A DNA stretch of 63,768 nt, the filler included, from Thermoplasmatota archaeon (GTDB lineage: Archaea > Thermoplasmatota > E2 > JACPAO01 > JAHFTW01), in assembly GCA_041623215.1 (NCBI GenBank). It is 23 parts of 23 records of this genome, joined end to end, with 100 filler letters (N's around TTAATTAATTAA, not from the genome) between each part and the next. Parts side by side here need not be neighbours in the genome. Positions count along the whole stretch, not along the records: positions 59,154 to 61,464 come from JBFJXH010000203.1; positions 61,565 to 63,768 come from JBFJXH010000205.1; 21 more parts are not named here. One strand, given 5' to 3'. The number at the start of each line of letters is the position of its first letter. Positions within the stretch are counted from its first letter, which is position 1. The notes below the pieces were generated by a model. That model was not told the DNA's origin and made no database searches. It was given only the letters and a program-made list of their open reading frames with translations. Shown piece by piece: positions 59,834 through 63,768 of this stretch. The translations under genes were made by a program, and so were the position numbers.

Positions 59834-60649
59834 ATGCCCCCCGAGACCCGCCCCGGCGAAACGCCTGGGCCGGCACACCCCACCAACGCCTTGTCCACGT
59901 ACCGGACCGACCTCTGGTGGTTGCAATCGGCTGCCCTCATCGTGACCCTCGTCGCCTTCGTCGCCTACGCGACCTGGCGCGTGTTCGAGAACGCCCATTT
60001 TCTGGCTGAAAATGGCGGCGCCCACTACATTTCCCCCTTCGGTAGTCCGGACCTGACCTTCCTGTTCCCGGTGGCGTGGACGGCCGCTGTACCCCTGCTC
60101 GCGTACCCCGCGTTCTTGGTGTTGCCCATCCCCGCCGGCTTCCGCTTCACATGCTACTGGTACCGCCGAGCCTACTACCGCGCCTTCGTGGCTCGTCCCG
60201 CCGCCTGCGCGACCGAGGCCTGGAAGGGACCCGGCTACAAGGGCGAGCGGGGCATCATGATTCTCAACAATCTGCACCGATACTTCCTCTACCTCGCTAT
60301 CGCCAAGATGCTCATTGACTCCTACCACGTCGTGACCGCTGTCTTTACCGGCCACGGATTCTACTTCGGCCTTGGCGTCGTCATCCTGGCGATTGATATC
60401 GTGCTGCTGTGGTTCTACGTGCTTGGCTGCCACGCCCTTCGCCACCTCGTTGGTGGCCGCTTGGATTGCTACTCCTGTGACGCCGTCTCCCACGCGCAAT
60501 ATTCGGTGTGGAAGGGCTTCAGCGTCCTCAACCGTAAGCATGGCCTGTGGGCAATGGCGAGCCTGTTCAGCGTCGGCTTGTCCGACTTCTACATCCGGTA
60601 CCTCGCCACCCACCCCGAGCTTACCCACATCCTGGGGGTTCCCGTATGA
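59834..60649 (+). CDS. Succinate dehydrogenase membrane anchor, mycobacterial Sdh1 (Rv0249c-like) type
   Basis: YISPF.SP, FRFTCYWYRRAYYRAF..P.AC, Y.GE....N.HRYF, GCHALRH. Confidence 0.85.
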   Translation: MPPETRPGETPGPAHPTNALSTYRTDLWWLQSAALIVTLVAFVAYATWRVFENAHFLAENGGAHYISPFGSPDLTFLFPVAWTAAVPLLAYPAFLVLPIPAGFRFTCYWYRRAYYRAFVARPAACATEAWKGPGYKGERGIMILNNLHRYFLYLAIAKMLIDSYHVVTAVFTGHGFYFGLGVVILAIDIVLLWFYVLGCHALRHLVGGRLDCYSCDAVSHAQYSVWKGFSVLNRKHGLWAMASLFSVGLSDFYIRYLATHPELTHILGVPV

Positions 60650-61464
60650 GCGGGGCCAGCAAGAAAGCAACGCGGCACGAGTACGATGTGCTGGTAATTG
60701 GTGCCGGCGGTGCCGGCATCCGTGCCGCTGTTGAAGCAGTCCGCCAGGGCAGCAAGACCGCCCTCGTCTGTAAGAGCCTGCTTGGCAAGGCGCACACGGT
60801 CATGGCCGAAGGCGGCGTCGCAGCCAGCCTGCGAAATGCCGACGACCGCGACAACTGGAAGGTGCATTTCCGCGACACCATGCGCGGTGGTAAGTTCCTC
60901 AACAACTGGAAGATGGCCCTGCACCACGCCCGCGAAGCCCCGGACCGCGTCCGCGAACTGGAGATGTGGGGCGCTGTGTTTGACCGCACGCCGGACGGCT
61001 GGATGAACCAGCGCAATTTCGGCGGCCACCAATATCCGCGCCTGGCCCACGTCGGCGACCGCACGGGCCTCGAAATCATCCGCACGCTCCAGGACAAGGG
61101 CGTTCACTCGGGCATTGATATCTTCATGGAACACTGCGCGACGACGCTCTTCAAGGATGGCAGCGACGGGCGCGTCACGGGCTGCTTGACCTACGAACGC
61201 GAAACCGGCGACTTTCATGCCTTTAGCGCCAAGGCGGTTGTCTTGGCCTGCGGCGGTATTGGCAAATCGTACAAGGTGACGAGTAACAGTTGGGAATACA
61301 CCGGCGACGGCGCCGGCCTAGCGTACCGCGCCGGCGCGGACCTGCTGGACATGGAGTTTCTGCAGTTCCACCCAACCGGCATGGTCTATCCGCCCAGCGT
61401 GCGCGGCATTTTGGTCACCGAGGGTGTGCGTGGCGAGGGCGGCATCTTGCGCAATTCGGAGGGA
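60646..61464 (+). CDS. sdhA: Succinate dehydrogenase/fumarate reductase flavoprotein (3' truncated)
   Basis: GAGGAG, KAHTVMAEGG (covalent FAD His), RLAHVGDRTG, QFHPTG, TEGVRGEGG. Confidence 0.95.
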
Positions 61465-61566
61465 NNNNNNNNNNNNNNNNNNNNNNNNNNNNNNNNNNNN
61501 NNNNNNNNTTAATTAATTAANNNNNNNNNNNNNNNNNNNNNNNNNNNNNNNNNNNNNNNNNNNNGT

Positions 61567-62370
61567 CCGCTGGCTGCCATCCAACTCAAGACTGCGGTGC
61601 TCGCCAAGCACTCGGACCTGCGGGTGCAAGAGGCAGTTGCCGGCATCGACGAAATCACGGCGGAAAGTGCCCGCTTCATTGATGGATTGTTGCAATTCAG
61701 TCGGGCCGGCAAGGGTGCGCGTCGGGACCATGTTGACCTGAACCGCGTGCTGGAACAGGCAATGGAATTGAGCGCAGCGCCCGTCCACGTTGAGCACGAC
61801 GCCCCACCGGACCTGGTTGGAGATGCCACGCTGCTGCAGCAACTGTTCTTGAATCTCATCAACAATGCCTACGCCTATCGGGACCCGTCGCGCGAATTGC
61901 ACCTGCGCCTTGAACACCGCCGGGATGGCGAGATGGTCGAATTACGCTTCTGCGATAATGGGTCGGGCATTGGCGATGCGGACCCTGAAGAGCTGTTTCG
62001 GCCGTTTCGCCGTGGCACGGACCAAGGCGATGGCCATGGGCTCGGTTTGGCGACCTGCGCACGAATCGCGACGGCGCATGGCGGCACCATCCACATCGAA
62101 CCACAATCTGTTGGGACTTGCTTTGTGATTCGCTTGCCCGCCGCAGACAAGCCGGTTGGATTGGCGCCGAGCGAAGCTCGCTCGACCGAATCTCAGGGCG
62201 TCTTCGTGGAGCGTCACGGCCGCTTCCGGCAGCCCCCGGCAGCCGCCGGACCCACGCGCAGCCGGGCCCAGAGGAGGCGACCTTGGCCACGCTTGAGGAG
62301 GGCGGCGAAGTCGGAGGGCGGGGAGTCGGACGACGCCACCAAGGAAGCACCCCCTCCAGGTAGAACCTGA
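61567..62370 (+). CDS. Sensor histidine kinase, C-terminal part (5' truncated)
   Basis: PLAAI (after the H-box), NLINNA, DNGSGI, F.PF, GHGLGL. Confidence 0.9.
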   Translation, partial: PLAAIQLKTAVLAKHSDLRVQEAVAGIDEITAESARFIDGLLQFSRAGKGARRDHVDLNRVLEQAMELSAAPVHVEHDAPPDLVGDATLLQQLFLNLINNAYAYRDPSRELHLRLEHRRDGEMVELRFCDNGSGIGDADPEELFRPFRRGTDQGDGHGLGLATCARIATAHGGTIHIEPQSVGTCFVIRLPAADKPVGLAPSEARSTESQGVFVERHGRFRQPPAAAGPTRSRAQRRRPWPRLRRAAKSEGGESDDATKEAPPPGRT

Positions 62371-62404
62371 GCAAACCCTACATGCCGGGCCCCGTGGCCG
62401 ACCT

Positions 62405-63768
62405 ATGCACATCCGTTTGCTGGTGGCCATGGTTGTATTGACTACAGGTGGCCTTGCGGGCTGTCTCAGCGATGACCCCATTGATGATGAGATGGACGAT
62501 TCGCCTGGAACTCCGGAACGCTTGTCCACTGACGCCTGGAAAGCCATGCTGTCGGAGCCGCAGTTCTCCAGTTACACGGAAACCATCCATGAAGTGACGG
62601 CCGAGGACGGGACGAGCCTGTACCTGACCCTGTACTTGCCAGATGGTGTGCCTGAAGGACAACAATTGCCGACCCTCATGGAAATGACTCCGTATCAGAC
62701 GCTGGACCGTGGACTTGGTATGGCCTTCGGGAGCTCGGACCTTGCGGGATCCGCTTGGTCGCACTACGTCGAACGTGGTGCCGCCTTTGTGCGCGCCGAC
62801 GAACGTGGCGGCCATAATTCGGGTGGCTGCCTGGACTTCGGTGGTAGCCTCGACCGCTCGGATGCCCGCATCTTCATGCAGTGGATTCGTGAACAGCCCT
62901 GGAGCAACGGCATCATCGTGACCGACGGCGTCAGCCACCCCGGCATGGGCAGCGTCGTTGCGCACGTCGCTGACCCTGCCCTGACTGCGGCCATCGCCGT
63001 CGCGCCGGTCGTCTCGTATTACCAAGACGAATGGCTACAGGGTGCCAAATTCGAAGACCAACTGAATGGCTATGCCTACCAGGCCATCGACCTGGCACCC
63101 ACCACGTCTCCCACCGAACCGACTGCCGTCGCCAATCAAGCAGCCGCGTGCCATGGGCAAATGGTGGCTGATTACGCTCCCATCGATGGTCAATTCACGG
63201 AGGTTTGGCAAGACCGCGACCTCGCCTTGCAACTTGAAAACGGCAACATTGCGCCTTCGCCCGCACCCATCCTGCTAGCCCATGGCTTTGCCGATGTCAA
63301 CGTGCATACGGACCACAGCCAACTCTACTGGGATGCCCTGCCCGATGACGCGCCCAAGTACGCCATCTTCGGATGGTGGGCCCATCAATGGCCAGTCATG
63401 GACGGCCATCCGGCGGACGATTACGCCGACTGGCGGCACCGCTGGATGGACGCAACCTTGTTCGGCATTGACAACGGCATCTTCGACGAGCCTCGTGTTC
63501 TCGTTGAGGACAGCCAAGGAAATTGGCACGAAAGCCATGATTGGCCGGTGGACGGCAGCCAAGAAATCCGCTGGTTCCCCGCCGCCGATGGCGCTCTGTC
63601 TGGGATGGCGCCGGCCAGCGGAGAAGCCTCTTATCGGGACGATAAGGAAACGCGCCGGCACAACTGGGTCGGTAGCGTCCGGTTCACAACCGAAGCACTG
63701 GACGAAGACCGGCTCATCACGGGTGCCCCGACGCTCAACCTCGTGGCTACAAGCACGCACACGGCCAC
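62405..63768 (+). CDS. CocE/NonD (peptidase S15-like) hydrolase lipoprotein; runs off the window and is missing from the ORF track
   Basis: LAGC lipobox; DGT.L...YLP, TPY, D.RG..NSGGC.D.GG, QPWSNG, GVSHPG, HG..D.NV. Confidence 0.88.
   Translation, partial: MHIRLLVAMVVLTTGGLAGCLSDDPIDDEMDDSPGTPERLSTDAWKAMLSEPQFSSYTETIHEVTAEDGTSLYLTLYLPDGVPEGQQLPTLMEMTPYQTLDRGLGMAFGSSDLAGSAWSHYVERGAAFVRADERGGHNSGGCLDFGGSLDRSDARIFMQWIREQPWSNGIIVTDGVSHPGMGSVVAHVADPALTAAIAVAPVVSYYQDEWLQGAKFEDQLNGYAYQAIDLAPTTSPTEPTAVANQAAACHGQMVADYAPIDGQFTEVWQDRDLALQLENGNIAPSPAPILLAHGFADVNVHTDHSQLYWDALPDDAPKYAIFGWWAHQWPVMDGHPADDYADWRHRWMDATLFGIDNGIFDEPRVLVEDSQGNWHESHDWPVDGSQEIRWFPAADGALSGMAPASGEASYRDDKETRRHNWVGSVRFTTEALDEDRLITGAPTLNLVATSTHTA

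Noticed and set aside
3170..61564. Regularly recurring TTAATTAATTAA as a repeat or CRISPR-like element
   Set aside because: It is embedded in N runs of fixed length, so it is an artificial contig linker. ORFs ending in X...LIN are artefacts of it.
62140..62370. Frameshifted extra domain after the histidine kinase HATPase
   Set aside because: No receiver or other motif was recognised in alternative frames; treated as a disordered tail.
1..63768. Operons or defence islands inferred across contig boundaries
   Set aside because: Contigs are ordered by length, not position, so adjacency across spacers carries no information.
1..63768. tRNA/rRNA genes, transposases, integrases, Cas or reverse transcriptase genes
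   Set aside because: None was recognised by eye; tRNAscan-SE and cmscan would be needed to exclude short RNAs.

Overview
This window is not one locus. It is 23 short contigs (about 2.2-3.2 kb, in descending length order) joined by 22 artificial 100-nt spacers (N44-TTAATTAATTAA-N44), so gene neighbourhood is meaningful only within a contig and many genes are cut at contig ends. The source is a GC-rich archaeon, by inference an uncultured Thermoplasmatota MAG. Archaeal markers include rps8e, srp19, RFC-S, pelota, a class I CCA enzyme, archaeal GluRS/ValRS/TIM/SHMT, and TATA boxes about 23 nt before start codons. It also carries many bacterial-type metabolic genes: argCJBD, iPGM, a mycobacterial Sdh1-like succinate dehydrogenase, an ABC-F ATPase, MIP-ArsC, kynB, an iodotyrosine deiodinase and YhhN. 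There is a dense set of Sec-type lipobox lipoproteins and other secreted proteins. I found no rRNA, tRNA, CRISPR array, transposase or prophage. The best leads are: (i) a TATA-driven, strongly base-paired ~135-nt leader before a DUF5794-like membrane gene pair, a candidate new archaeal cis-regulatory RNA; (ii) an Sdh1-type membrane anchor under an archaeal promoter; (iii) an in-frame TAA in asnS; (iv) a catalytically degenerate PrsW-like protein; (v) a hydrolase/BNR-lipoprotein/deiodinase cluster. Two near-identical contig-end overlaps show strain heterogeneity and allow contigs to be joined. All family calls come from motif recognition by eye; no database search was run.
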